A DNA stretch of 64,000 nucleotides. Origin: Scyliorhinus canicula. Its lineage: Eukaryota. Below the pieces are notes generated by a model, which was not told the DNA's origin, did not search any database, and saw only the letters and a program-made list of their open reading frames with translations. The DNA is taken from contig NC_052154.1 in the NCBI RefSeq assembly GCF_902713615.1, forward strand, positions 178,173,873 to 178,237,872, in the 5' to 3' direction. This document shows positions 1 to 10,613 of this stretch, piece after piece (the first letter of the stretch is position 1; each line of letters starts with the position of its first letter). The position numbers were made by a program, and so were the translations under genes.

Positions 1-719
1 TCCAGATCTAACACCTGGCCTGGTTCATTACCCAAAACCAAATCCAAAGTGGCCTCACCTCTTGTTGGCCTGTCAACATATTGTGTCAGAAAACCCTCCT
101 GCACACATTGTACAAAGAACGACCCATCCAATGTACTCGAACTATATCTTTTCCAGTCAATATTAGGAAAGTTAAAGTCTCCCATAACAACTACCCTGTT
201 ACTTTCGCTCTTTTCCAGAATCATCTTCGCCATCCTTTCCTCTACATCTCTAGAACTATTAGGTGGCCTATAGAAAACTCCCAACAGGGTGACCTCTCCT
301 TTCCTGTTTCTAACCTCAGCCCATACTACCTCGGAAGAAGAGTCCCCATCTTGCATCCTTTCTACCACCGTAATACTGTCCTTGACTAGCAGCGCCACAC
401 CTCCCCCTCTTTTGCCCCCTTCTCTGACCTTACTAAAGCACCTAAACCCCGGAACCTGCAACAACCATTCCTGTCCCTGCTCTATCCATGTCTCTGAAAT
501 GGCCACAACATCGAAGTCCCAGGTACCAACCCATGCTGCCAGTTCCCCTACCTTATTTCGTATACTCCTGGCATTGAAATAGACACACTTCAAACCACAG
601 ACCTGAACACTGCCGCCCTCCTGCGAAGTCAAAACTGTGCTCCTGACCTCTCTACTCTCAATCTCTCGCACCCCAAAACTACAATCCAGGTTCCCATGCC
701 CCTGCTGAATTAGTTTAAA
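1..719 (-). CDS. CR1 ORF2 N-terminus (APE endonuclease), -1 frame relative to ORF1, no in-frame ATG before the catalytic motifs
   Basis: Manual translation: FKLIQQGHGNLDCSF...LKCVYFNARSIRNKVGEL...VAISETW...GGGVALLV...YRPP...MGDFNFPNIDW; open to the window edge. Confidence 0.9.
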
Positions 720-1636
720 CCCCCCCAAAGAGTACTAACAAATCTCCCCCCCAGGATATTGGTGCCCCTCAGGTTCAGATGTAGACCATCCTGTCTATAG
801 AGGTCCCACCTTCCCCAGAAAGAGCCCCAGTTATCCAGAAATCTGAATCCCTCCCGCCTGCACCATCCCTGTAGCCACGTGTTTAATTGCTCTCTCTCCC
901 TATTCCTCATCTCACTATCACGTGGCACGGGCAACAACCCAGAGATAACAACTCTGTTTGTTCTCGCTCTGAGCTTCCATCCTAGCTCCCTAAAGGCCTG
1001 CCTGACATCCTTGTCCCCTTTCCTACCTATGTCGTTAGTGCCAATGTGGACTACGACTTGGGGCTGCTCCCCCTCCCCCTTAAGGACCCGGAAAACACGA
1101 TCCGAGACATCACTTACCCTTGCACCTGGGAGGCAACATACCAAACGTGAGTCTCTCTCGCTCCCACAAAATCTCCTATCTGTGCCCCTGACTATTGAGT
1201 CCCCAATTACTAATGTTCTACTCCTTTCCCCCCTTCCCTTCTGAGCAACAGGGACAGACTCCGTGCCAGAGGCCCGTACCCCATGGCTTACCCCTGGTAA
1301 GTCGTCCCCCCCACAAGTATCCAAAACGGTATACTTGTTACTCAGGGGAACGACCGCAGGGGGTCCCTGCACTGACTGCTTCTTCCCAGTCCCTCTTACA
1401 GTTACCCATCTATCTCCAGTCTTTGGTGTAACTATTTCCCTGAAGCTCCTATCTATGACCCCCTCTGCCTCCCGAATGATCCGAAGTTCATCCAGCTCAA
1501 GCTCCAGGTCCCTAACACGGTTTTTGAGGAGCTGGAGTTGGGTGCACTTCCCACAGATGAAATCAGCAGGGACACTGACGGCGTCCCTCACCTCAAACAT
1601 TCTGCAGGAGGAGCATTGTACTGCCTTCCCTGACAT
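710..1636 (-). CDS. CR1 ORF1p: N-terminal Cys zinc finger, coiled coil, SGNH/GDSL esterase domain
   Basis: MSGKAVQCSSC...CGKC zinc finger; LKNRVRDLELELDELR heptads; esterase blocks VIGDSIVR, PGA, HIGTND, DGLH. ATG at 1636 taken as start (the track's 1747 start is a GTG upstream of a pyrimidine tract). Confidence 0.92.
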   Translation of the reverse strand: MSGKAVQCSSCRMFEVRDAVSVPADFICGKCTQLQLLKNRVRDLELELDELRIIREAEGVIDRSFREIVTPKTGDRWVTVRGTGKKQSVQGPPAVVPLSNKYTVLDTCGGDDLPGVSHGVRASGTESVPVAQKGRGERSRTLVIGDSIVRGTDRRFCGSERDSRLVCCLPGARVSDVSDRVFRVLKGEGEQPQVVVHIGTNDIGRKGDKDVRQAFRELGWKLRARTNRVVISGLLPVPRDSEMRNREREQLNTWLQGWCRREGFRFLDNWGSFWGRWDLYRQDGLHLNLRGTNILGGRFVSTLWGGLN

Positions 1637-1886
1637 CCCCTCTAGATTAAAAAAAAAACAAGAAAAAGAAAAAGAAAGGAAGAGCTTACCTGATATTACC
1701 TCAAACCCTGATCCCGCTGAAAGGTAAGCAAATTTAAAGGCACTCACTCACCTTCACGACAGGCCCCTGCTCCCGCTTCCCAACCACCGTGGGGTGGGGG
1801 GGTTGGTTAGAGGAGGAGGTAGGGTGGGAAACACTCACAAAGTGTTTCGGGTTTAACTGTCACTTGCCAACAGCCCCTCCACAAAC

Positions 1887-2107
1887 CACCTTCAACTTAG
1901 GCTGACCGCACTGCACGTATGCAAATTTCCCCAGAACAGCTGATCAGTAGCTCTGCTCTGCTGCCCTCTGCTGGTTGCTTGCCTTTACTCAAACTCCTTG
2001 GGTCTTCTTCGCAGGTTCACCTTCAACTTAGGCTGACCGCACTGCACGTATGCAAATTTCCCCAGAACAGCTGATCAGTAGCTCTGCTCTGCTGCCCTCT
2101 GCTGGTT
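1887..2107 (-). repeat. Two identical 90-bp monomers in the CR1 5'UTR (1887-1976, 2018-2107)
   Basis: caccttcaacttaggctgaccgc...ctgccctctgctggtt occurs twice; contains an ATGCAAAT octamer and CAGCTG. Confidence 0.9.
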
Positions 2108-2114
2108 CTAAGTT

Positions 2115-2460
2115 CTAAGGTAGGCTGGTGGGTAAATAGGTGTGGGGGCATGGGGGTGGGTAGTTGGCAGCACGGGTAGGTTTTCAGGTGAGTGGGTGAG
2201 GAGGTAGTGCGGCAGGTGGGTGGCAGAGGGTGTAGAGCTGCAGGTAAGTGGATGAGGGGGTAGGGTGGAAGATGGGGTTAGGGAGCTGGTGTGTGAGAGC
2301 TGGGTGACAGGTAAGTAGACGAAGAGACAGGACGGAAGGTATGTGAGGGGCTATGTTGGCAGTTAAGTGGGTGAGAGGTTAAGGTGAAAGGTAACCGGTT
2401 GACAAGTTAGGGTGGGTTGAGGGGGATAGTCACATGGTTGGTGGGTGGGAGGATGATAGT
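2115..2460 (+). repeat. G/T-skewed low-complexity tract
   Basis: Degenerate gggtg/ggtag/aggtaagtg units with few C. Confidence 0.6.
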
Positions 2461-2584
2461 CGTGTGGTCTCAGAGTTTAACGCAGAATTTCAGATGGTTC
2501 CAGACACAAAGGAATTGCTTGGCCCAGATTCAAACCTTCTGGGCAATTCCTGAGTCAAGGCCTAGAGGCTTCTGAGAGGTCCTT

Positions 2585-3096
2585 AGTGCATCTTGAGGGG
2601 TACTCCGGACCGCGCGATGGGCCGAAGTCGCGCTGCTGTCAAGCCGCTCCTGCCGGCGTGGATCAAACCACCAACCTTACCGGCGAGAGCAGGCGGCGCG
2701 GGCGGGCTCCGGGGTCCTGGGGGGGCGCGGGGAGATTTGGCCCCGGGGGGTGAGATCGGGGCCCACCGATCAGCGGGCGGGCTTGTGCCGTGGGGGCACT
2801 CCTTTCCTTCCACGTTCGCCATAGTCTTCACCATGGCGGAGGCAGAAGTGACCCCCTCCCCTGCGCATGTGCGGGGATGACATCAGCAGCCACTGACGCT
2901 CCGGCGCATGCGTGGACTTCCGCCGTCCATGCCAGCCGGCGGAGCACCAACTACTCCGGCGCGGGCCTAGCCCCTCAATGTTAGGACTTGGCCCCTAAGA
3001 CTTCCGCACCTTTGGGGCGGCCCGACGCCGGAGTGGTTCACGCCACTCCATCCCGCCAGGACCCCCTCCCTGCCGGGTAGGGGAGAATCCCGGCCC
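2585..3096. mobile_element. GC-rich MITE (Harbinger-like), left end missing
   Basis: Right end gggagaatcccggccc; body is the reverse complement of the element at 31215-31911. Confidence 0.8.
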
Positions 3097-3479
3097 TGCT
3101 CTTGAGATGCTTCACATTTTCAATTACTCAGAAAATCTAAACATCAACTGAACTACAAACGGACGATAAAATTGAAATAAATGTAATAGCATTCCCGCAG
3201 ACATTCTAATTCTGTCAAATGAAAGGTTAGTCCAACAGACTGAATTGGCTGAAGATGGGCAGTCACATGCTGGTCTGTTTTGCTGGCTTTACTACTGCGC
3301 TTCCTAACCTTGAAACATCTCAGAATCAACGAGAGAAAATCGAACCATCTCCTGTAGACATTCATTACCAGAGGTTGAGAATTTTGCAGCAATTAACTGA
3401 CCTTCTAACTCCCCAAAACCTGTTGTCGCGAAGATATGCTTTATGCCAAATCATAGATTCTTAATCCATTGGCTGGAAA

Positions 3480-4500
3480 TCTGAATTGAACTTAAAAAAC
3501 AACAGACTTCCTCAAAGCACAGAGGCTAAAATGACTTGAACTCACAGCCCAAGATAATTGACCCCACTTTGCATTACTATGTGTTTCACATTCCTTTTCA
3601 TTCGAGCGAATCAGTCTGTCTGCAAAAGCTATCAAAGACAATGACTTCAGGGGAATATGAAGGACTCACATCTCTTGTCTCATTAGCAAGGCATCTACGG
3701 CAATCACCTGAGGTATTCAACTGTTGGAGACAAGCCATTAAGACTAATCGCTTGGACGATGGGACCCTTTCTAAATTTGCTTCCAGACATGAGCTAATCA
3801 CCTTTGGAATACATGGACAATGTCATTTAAAAAAAATACTTCTGGCAGTCAAAGAAGGAAGGTATCATGACAAGGCAATCCTTTGTTTGTTTTAAGCACA
3901 TGTTTCCTCAGCAGAACGAAGGAGAAGAAACTTAAAAAGAAGATCCAGCCTTTGTCTCCAAACCCACTGAGTAAACTTCAAGCCCTGTTTACTGACTGTG
4001 ATCATCCAGGGAAGCTCTGTTGCAGACAGAGATTTCTGAAAAGGCTTCAACCCAGTACTCCTGTCTCTTGAAGAAAAGCCTACTCAGGATCTCCATCTCT
4101 AAATCAGAAGCTTTGAGACCATTGAATTCAACCTGAAGCCAGTTGAGTCATCAAACTACGGACCGTACACTCCTTCATGTTTTTCACAAACTTTAATTTG
4201 GCCAATTAAGCCTTCTCCAAATTGAAATCAGTATTTGTTTGTGTGTGAACTTCCATTCTGTGTGTATGTATGTGTGGGAAAGTTGCCGTGTATTTTATTA
4301 TTTTACTTAGGTTAATTTATGTATAATAAAGTTAACCTCTTTACTTGTTAAAGTCAAGAAAATCTGTCCCACCGGTTCGTTTATGATCACAGCACATAAA
4401 CAGTTAAGTATTCATTGAATTGACAAGTATGTCCTTTTCAGAAAAAAAACGAGAGCGCGCAGAGGGGTGGCAATTGACCCTTCCTCACATGGTTGCACCT
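3480..4500 (+). mobile_element. Probable LTR-like sequence (solo LTR), boundaries uncertain
   Basis: (TG)-rich stretch followed by AATAAA at about 4326 and a U5-like tail; adjacent to a Gypsy RT fragment; termini and TSD not resolved. Confidence 0.4.
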
Positions 4501-4713
4501 GTCTACAGGCATAAGTCAGTAATTTGAAGTAATACTATCCTGAGTGCAGCTCCAGCAACACTCAAGAAGCTCGACACCATACAGGACATCTTTAGCATTC
4601 ACTCCCTTCACAATCGCCGCACATTGGGTGCAGTGTATGCAGGCTGCAATGTGCACTGCCGCAACTCGGCAAGACTCCTTTGACAGCACCTTCCAAATCC
4701 ACAGGGCGGAATT
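4437..4713 (+). repeat. About 277-bp direct duplication, copy 1 (copy 2 = 5092-5122 plus 7574-7819, split by the CR1 insertion)
   Basis: ttcagaaaaaaaacga...gcaga and gggtggcaattgaccc...ccaaatccacaggg occur twice with few substitutions. Confidence 0.9.
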
Positions 4714-5092
4714 GTGTGTGGACTATAGAAAGGTAAATGGACTCTTATCCTAGCCCACCTTTGGAGGATTGCATTGAGAAAGTGGGATGATCAGCTTTTA
4801 TTTACAAATTGGATTGACTTAAAGGTTACTGGCAGGTACCTTTATCCGAAAGGGAGTAGGAGATTTCAGCTTTTGCGACTCCAGATGGTATATACCAAAT
4901 CAAAGTTATGCAATTTGGCATGAAAAACGCACCAGCCACATTTCAACGGTTAACTAACAAAGTTGTTTCAGGATTACCCAATTTTGCGTATGCATCGACA
5001 ATCTGGTAATTTTCAGCCAGACATGGACAGAACATTTGAAACATCTGATGGAGTTATTTGATCGACTTCAGGAGGCGGGTTTGGTGATAAAT
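4712..5092 (+). pseudogene. Gypsy-type reverse transcriptase fragment
   Basis: Frameshifted LCVDYRKVN, KGYWQVPL, MQFGMKNAPATFQRL, IDNLVIFS, EHLKHL...LQEAGLVIN. Confidence 0.85.
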
Positions 5093-5122
5093 TCAGAAAA
5101 AAAACGAAAGCACGCAGAAGGG

Positions 5123-7568
5123 CTTTTAACTTTCCAAATATTGACTGGAAATACTATAGTTCGAGTACTATAGATGGGTCAGTTTTTGTGCAGTGTGTGC
5201 AGGAGGGTTTTCTGACACAGTATGTAGACAGACCAACAAGGGGCGAGGCCACATTGGATTTGGTACTGGGTAATGAACCCGGCCAGGTGTTAGATTTAGA
5301 TGTAGGTGAGCACTTTGGTGATAGTGATCACAACTCGGTTATGTTTACTTTAGCAATGGGCAGGGATAGGTATATACCGCAAGGCAAGAATTATAGCTGG
5401 GGGAAAGGCAATTATGATGCTATTCGGCAAGATTTAGGAGGTATAGGATGGGGAAGGAAACTGCAGGGGATGGGTACAATCGAAATGTGGAGCTTTTTCA
5501 AGGAACAGCTACTGCGTGTCCTTGATAAGTATGTACCTGTCAGGCAGGGAGGAAGTTGTCGAGCAAGGGAGCCGTGGTTTACTAAGGAAGTTGAAGCACT
5601 TGTCAAGAGGAAGAAGAAGGCTTATGTTAGGATGAGACATGAAGGCTCAGTTAGGGCACTTGAGAGTTACAAGTTAGCCAGGAAGGGCATAAAGGGAGAG
5701 TTAAGAAGAGCGAGGAGAGGACACGAAAAGTCGTTGGCGGATAGGATCAAGGAAAACCCTAAGGCTTTCTATAGGTATATCAGGAACAAAAGAATGACTC
5801 GAGTAAGATTAGAGCCAATCAAGGATAGTAGTGGAAAGTTGTGTGTGGAATCAGAGGAGATAGGGGAAGCATTAAATGGATATTTTTCGTCAGTGTTTAC
5901 ACTGGAGAAAGACAATGTTGTCGAGGAGAACACTCAGGTTCAGTCGACCAGGCTAGATGGAATTGAGGTTCAAAAGGAGGAGGTGTTAGCAATTTTAGAA
6001 AATGTCAAAATAGATAAGTCCCCTGGGCCAGATGGGATTTATCCTAGGATTCTCTGGGAAGCCAGGGAGGAGATTACAGAGCCTTTGTCCTTGATATTTA
6101 TGTTGTCTTTGTCGACAGGAATAGTGCCGGAAGACTGGAGGATAGCAAATGTTGTCCCCTTGTTCAAGAAGGGGAGTAGAGACAACCCTGGTAATTATAG
6201 ACCTGTGAGCCTTACTTCGGTTGTGGGTAAAATGTTGGAAAAGGTTATAAGAGATAGGGTTTATAATCATCTTGAAAAGAACAAGTTGATTAGCGATACT
6301 CAACACGGTTTTGTGAAGGGTAGGTCATGTCTCACAAACCTTATTGAGTTTTTTGAGAAGGTGACCAAACAGGTGGATGAGGGTAAAGCGGTTGATGTGG
6401 TGTATATGGATTTCAGTAAGGCGTTTGATACGGTTCCCCACGGTAGGCTATTGCAGAAAATAAGGAAGTATGGAATTGAAGGTGATTTAGCGGTTTGGAT
6501 CAGTAATTGGCTAGCTGAAAGAAGACAGAGGGTGGTGGTTGATGGCAAATGTTCATCCTGGAGTTCAGTTACTAGTGGTGTACCGCAAGGATCTGTTTTG
6601 GGGCCACTGCTGTTTGTCATTTTTATAAATGACCTGGAAGAGGGTGTAGAAGGATGGGTTAGTAAATTTGCAGATGACATGAAGGTCGGTGGAGTTGTGG
6701 ATAGTGCTGAAGGATGTTATAGGATACAGAGGGACATAGATAAGCTGCAGAGCTGGGCTGAGAGGTGGCAGATGGAGTTTAATGTGGAAAAGTGTGAGGT
6801 GGTTCACTTTGGAAGGAGTAACAGGAATGCAGAGTACTGGGCTAATGGCAAGATTCTTGGTAGTGTAGATGAACAGAGAGATCTCGGCATCCAGGTACAT
6901 AAATCCTTGAAAGTTGCCACCCAGGTTAATAGGGCTGTTAAGAAGGCATATGGTGTGCTAGCCTTTATAAGCAGGGGGATTGAGTTTCGGAACCACAGGG
7001 TCATGCTGCAGCTGTACATAACTCTGGTGCGGCCACACCTGGAGTACTGCGTGCAGTTCTGGTCACCACATTATAGGAAGGATGTGGAAGCTTTGGAAAG
7101 GGTTCAGAGGAGATTTACTAGGATGTTGCCTGGTATGGAGGGAAGGTCTTACGAGGAAAGGCTCAGGGAATTGAGGTTGTTTTCGTTAGAGAGGAGAAGG
7201 CTGAGAGGTGACTTAATAGAGACATATAAGATAGTCAGAGGGTTAGATAGGGTGGACAGTGAGAGTCTTTTCCCTCGGATGGTGATGACCAACACGAGGG
7301 GACATAGCTTTAAATTGAGGGGTGATAGATATAGGACAGATGTCAGAGGCAGTTTCTTTACTCAGAGAGTAGTAGGGGTGTGGAACGCCCTGTCTGCAAC
7401 AGTAGTAGACTCGCCAACTTTAAGGGCATTTAAGTGGTCACTGGATAGACATATGGATGAAAATGGAATAGTGTAGGTCAGATAGGCTTCAGATGGTTTC
7501 ACAGGTCGGCGCAACATCGAGGGCCGAAGGGCCCGTACTGCGCTGTAGTGTTCTATGTTCTATGTTCT
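5123..7568 (+). mobile_element. 5'-truncated CR1 LINE with (TTCTATG)n tail and candidate 5-bp TSD AAGGG
   Basis: AAGGG at 5118-5122 and 7569-7573; the flanks rejoin into the sequence seen uninterrupted at 4437-4713. Confidence 0.93.
5188..7476 (+). CDS. CR1 ORF2 remnant (end of endonuclease plus complete RT), 762 open codons
   Basis: [49 protein letters not shown] motifs; N-terminus truncated, so not autonomous. Confidence 0.9.
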   Translation: MQCVQEGFLTQYVDRPTRGEATLDLVLGNEPGQVLDLDVGEHFGDSDHNSVMFTLAMGRDRYIPQGKNYSWGKGNYDAIRQDLGGIGWGRKLQGMGTIEMWSFFKEQLLRVLDKYVPVRQGGSCRAREPWFTKEVEALVKRKKKAYVRMRHEGSVRALESYKLARKGIKGELRRARRGHEKSLADRIKENPKAFYRYIRNKRMTRVRLEPIKDSSGKLCVESEEIGEALNGYFSSVFTLEKDNVVEENTQVQSTRLDGIEVQKEEVLAILENVKIDKSPGPDGIYPRILWEAREEITEPLSLIFMLSLSTGIVPEDWRIANVVPLFKKGSRDNPGNYRPVSLTSVVGKMLEKVIRDRVYNHLEKNKLISDTQHGFVKGRSCLTNLIEFFEKVTKQVDEGKAVDVVYMDFSKAFDTVPHGRLLQKIRKYGIEGDLAVWISNWLAERRQRVVVDGKCSSWSSVTSGVPQGSVLGPLLFVIFINDLEEGVEGWVSKFADDMKVGGVVDSAEGCYRIQRDIDKLQSWAERWQMEFNVEKCEVVHFGRSNRNAEYWANGKILGSVDEQRDLGIQVHKSLKVATQVNRAVKKAYGVLAFISRGIEFRNHRVMLQLYITLVRPHLEYCVQFWSPHYRKDVEALERVQRRFTRMLPGMEGRSYEERLRELRLFSLERRRLRGDLIETYKIVRGLDRVDSESLFPRMVMTNTRGHSFKLRGDRYRTDVRGSFFTQRVVGVWNALSATVVDSPTLRAFKWSLDRHMDENGIV

Positions 7569-7644
7569 AAGGGTGGCAATTGACCCTTCCTCACATGGTT
7601 GCACCTGGCTACAGGCATAAGTCAGTAATTTGAAGTAATACTAT

Positions 7645-8803
7645 CCTGAGTGCAGCTCCAGCAACACTCAAGAAGCTCAACACCATACAGGACATCTTTA
7701 GCATTCACTCCCTTCACAGCCGCCGCCCATTGGGTGCAGTGTATGCAGGCTGCAATGTGCACTGCCGCAACTCGGCAAGACTCCTTTGACAGCACCTTCC
7801 AAATCCACAGGGAGGAATTTTCTGACCCCGGGCTGGGTCGGAAAATCGGTGGGAGCAGCGCGATTCACACGGCACCGCTCCGACGCCGGTCCGCTGATTC
7901 TCCGGAGAGCGGAGAATCGGCACCATTGGTGCTGGCGCTGCACTGGTCGGAGGACGCTCTACGGGCCCCCCCCCCACCAATTCTCCACGCGCGATAGGCC
8001 GAGTGGCCGCCAAGATAGGCCGAGTCCCGCTGGCGCTGTTCACATTTGGTCCTACCCGGCGGGACCTCGGTGTTCATCCTGCGGGGGGGTCAGCCTGGTG
8101 GGGGGGAGAGGGTATCCAACCCTGGGGGGGGCCCCCACCATGGCCTGGCCCGCGATCGGGGCCTTCCAATCGGTGGGCCGGCTTCTCCTGGTGGGGGCCT
8201 ACATTCCTCCGTGCTGGGCCCCTGTAGCTCCCCGTCATGTTGCGTTGGGGCCGCCGCGGAGAAGGCAACTAGCGTGCATGCGCGAGTTTGCACCGGTCGT
8301 AACATGCATGCGCGAATTCGCGCCGGCCGTAGCACGCATGCGCAGACCTGTGTCGCCTGTTTGACAGTGGTATTGGCAGCTGGAGCTGCGTGAGTTGCTT
8401 CAGTGCCATGCAGGCCCCCTGTAGGGCGCAGGATCGCTGATCCTGGGGATCTGTTGACGCCGTCGTAAAACGCGACGTCCTTTACGACGGCGTCAACACT
8501 TACCCTCAGGATCAGAGAATCCCACCCACAGTCTCTACCTCCCATAGGACAAGAGAAGCAGATGCATGGGAATGCCACCACCTATAAGTTTCCCTCCAAG
8601 TCACACATCATCCTGACTTAGATCTATATTGTCGTTCCTTCACTGTTGCTGGTTAAAAACCTGACGCTCTCTTGCTACCAGCACATCTAGTACACGGGCT
8701 GCAGGGGTTCAAGAGAATGCTTCACCCATACCTTCTCAAGTGCAAGAAGTGCAACAAATGGATTAGCCAGTGGCACTGACCTCCGCCAAATTAATTAAAA
8801 AAA
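7645..8803 (+). mobile_element. Old LINE 3'-end fragment (CR1/L2 group), interrupted by the MITE at 7810-8527
   Basis: SAAPATLKKL-like coding remnant followed by a 3'UTR ending in an A-rich tail; sequence resumes after the ACA TSD. Confidence 0.55.
7810..8527. mobile_element. GC-rich MITE (Harbinger-like), 3-bp TSD ACA
   Basis: Termini gggaggaattttct / agaatcccaccc; ACA at 7807-7809 and 8528-8530. Confidence 0.85.
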
Positions 8804-8849
8804 GGTCTGGTGAGACTTCATCACTTTGATACAGGACGACTAAAGAAAG

Positions 8850-9222
8850 GTTTACATTTTATATAATGCGTTCATGACCTCTTAATGTCCCAAAGTGCTT
8901 TATCGTCAATTAAAATAACTTTGCATTGTGGTTCCTTCTGAAATGACCCAATTTACACACAGCAAAGTTTCACAAACAGTAATGAAAGAAGTGACAAATA
9001 ATCTGTTTCAAAACAGATTGAGGGGTAACTTACAGAGAATTCACGGCTTTTCTTTAAAATGTGTCATGCAAACACATGCCTCTGTTGAACAAAACATTAG
9101 AAATAAGGGGCTGCTCCAACAGTGCAACACTCCCTCAGAGATGCACCAAAGTGTGGGCCTGGATGACACGCTCAAGTTGACTCAGAGCTGAGATGCTACC
9201 ACTGAGTCAAGGCTGACACTTG
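8850..9222 (-). mobile_element. Old Deu-domain-type SINE (SacSINE1/AmnSINE-like) with L2-type tail
   Basis: Minus strand carries a ctgagggagtgttgcactgttggag core and an aagcactttgggac...tatataaatgtaa tail; a related copy lies at about 22960-23310. Confidence 0.55.
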
Positions 9223-10613
9223 CTGCACTCCCTCGGTGATGTCATTTTTGTATCAGTTAGAACTGTGCAAAGAACTGTCAAAGGGTTTGCAGATTTGTTG
9301 GTGAGCATATTAAAACATTGTCAGTTTACATAACAAATGACATGAGAGATTAGTTTTGTATAGAATGGCAAATGGGATCATTGGCTGTCTTGCATATCTG
9401 TATGAGTGTTAAATGATGATAGCTGTATAATGATTCTGATTAAATATAAACAGTACTTCAAGGTAAAAGTGATTTACACCAACATCATTATTGCTGTTTC
9501 GTTGCATTACTTCCACAATTTTCATGCTTTTAGTTGCAAGAATCTGGAACTATTGGACGCTAAAGATGAGTATTGTTTTGTTTATTTCACCGTTCCTTCC
9601 TCATTTTAAATCATTTTAAATCATCTGATTCAGAAATCTGTCCATCTGTTGTATTCTGGTCCTAACTCAGGTGTCACACATAAGATGGTTGAGCCACTCA
9701 CGATAGAAAAATAGCTCAGGCAGATTCCTGGACCTTTTCACTTGCTTCCTGATTTTTTTTCCTTCTGAGTGTATACTTTTAATTGGGCAGCAATTAAGGG
9801 TTTTGCCTCCGCTTATGACGATGGCACACCCATTAGTAACTCCCCACCACCACTCGATTCAAATTCCTGGATTGGGGCTCATACAGAATCCTTCTGGGAT
9901 AAAAGTCAATCAGAAGTTAGAATATTATACTGAGTCATTGATCTCTCGAGATGGGCATGAGTATGCCAATGGATGACAATCAAATATCATCTTCTGAACT
10001 CACTGGGACTGTTTTGGAGTGGAGCTTGAACCCTAGATCTGATATCTCAGAGATCAGAATGCTTCTAATATGTTAAAGGTTCACCCTGGCAAAATTTAAA
10101 GTAAATGTTGATTTGTCACATTTCTCAGGAAGCCGAGACAACCAACTCAGTCTTCACTTAAAATTTTACATCTGATTTGAAAATATTAAAGCTTTGCACA
10201 GAAATGGATTTCTTCAGCCATCATAGAAATTAGATGCATATGGGCTCAACTTTCCACTGTGGATGCAACCTGCGAATATGCCACAAATTACATTCAAAAT
10301 TACATGCAATTTGGAAAGTGACTTGTTCCCCAAGGTTTCCATTGAAACATATATGCGTAGCACTGAAAACAAAACCTGCCATGAACTAGAATCATCAGGC
10401 AGTGTCTTAAAGTATATTTGGGAAGAACTGTAGGCAGGCATTCACCAGGGTGGGCAATGCATGGGCCATATGGCATTATTCATTGATACCACTGAAGAAT
10501 GTGACACAAGCCATGGTCTAGTCTGCTGGAAACATACATAGTGTGGTAGTCACCACTGATGTATAATACTGGATATATATGGGTTTTACGGTAAGGCCCC
10601 TGTACCACAGGTA

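Larger units (their letters stand above)
1..2107 (-). mobile_element. CR1-clade LINE, 5' half of a young, apparently intact copy (continues beyond window start)
   Basis: 5'UTR, uninterrupted ORF1 and stop-free ORF2 APE endonuclease region on the minus strand; the ORF2 peptide (GDFNFPNIDW...QEGFLTQYVDRPTRGEATLDLVLGNEPGQV) closely matches the CR1 copy at 5123-7568. Confidence 0.95.

Noticed and set aside
879-1727. Plus-strand ORFs opposite CR1 ORF1 (and similar antisense ORFs over other LINEs)
   Set aside because: Antisense shadows of coding sequence with no independent evidence.
1637-1747. N-terminal extension of ORF1 in the ORF track (MSAFKF...FSFSCFFF)
   Set aside because: Starts at GTG and translates a pyrimidine tract; the zinc-finger protein plausibly starts at the ATG at 1636.
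7698-8581. Clusters of overlapping 70-230-aa ORFs here and at 2583-2984, 27796-28705 and 31188-32187
   Set aside because: They lie in GC-rich MITEs where stops are rare; no transposase or other domain motifs.
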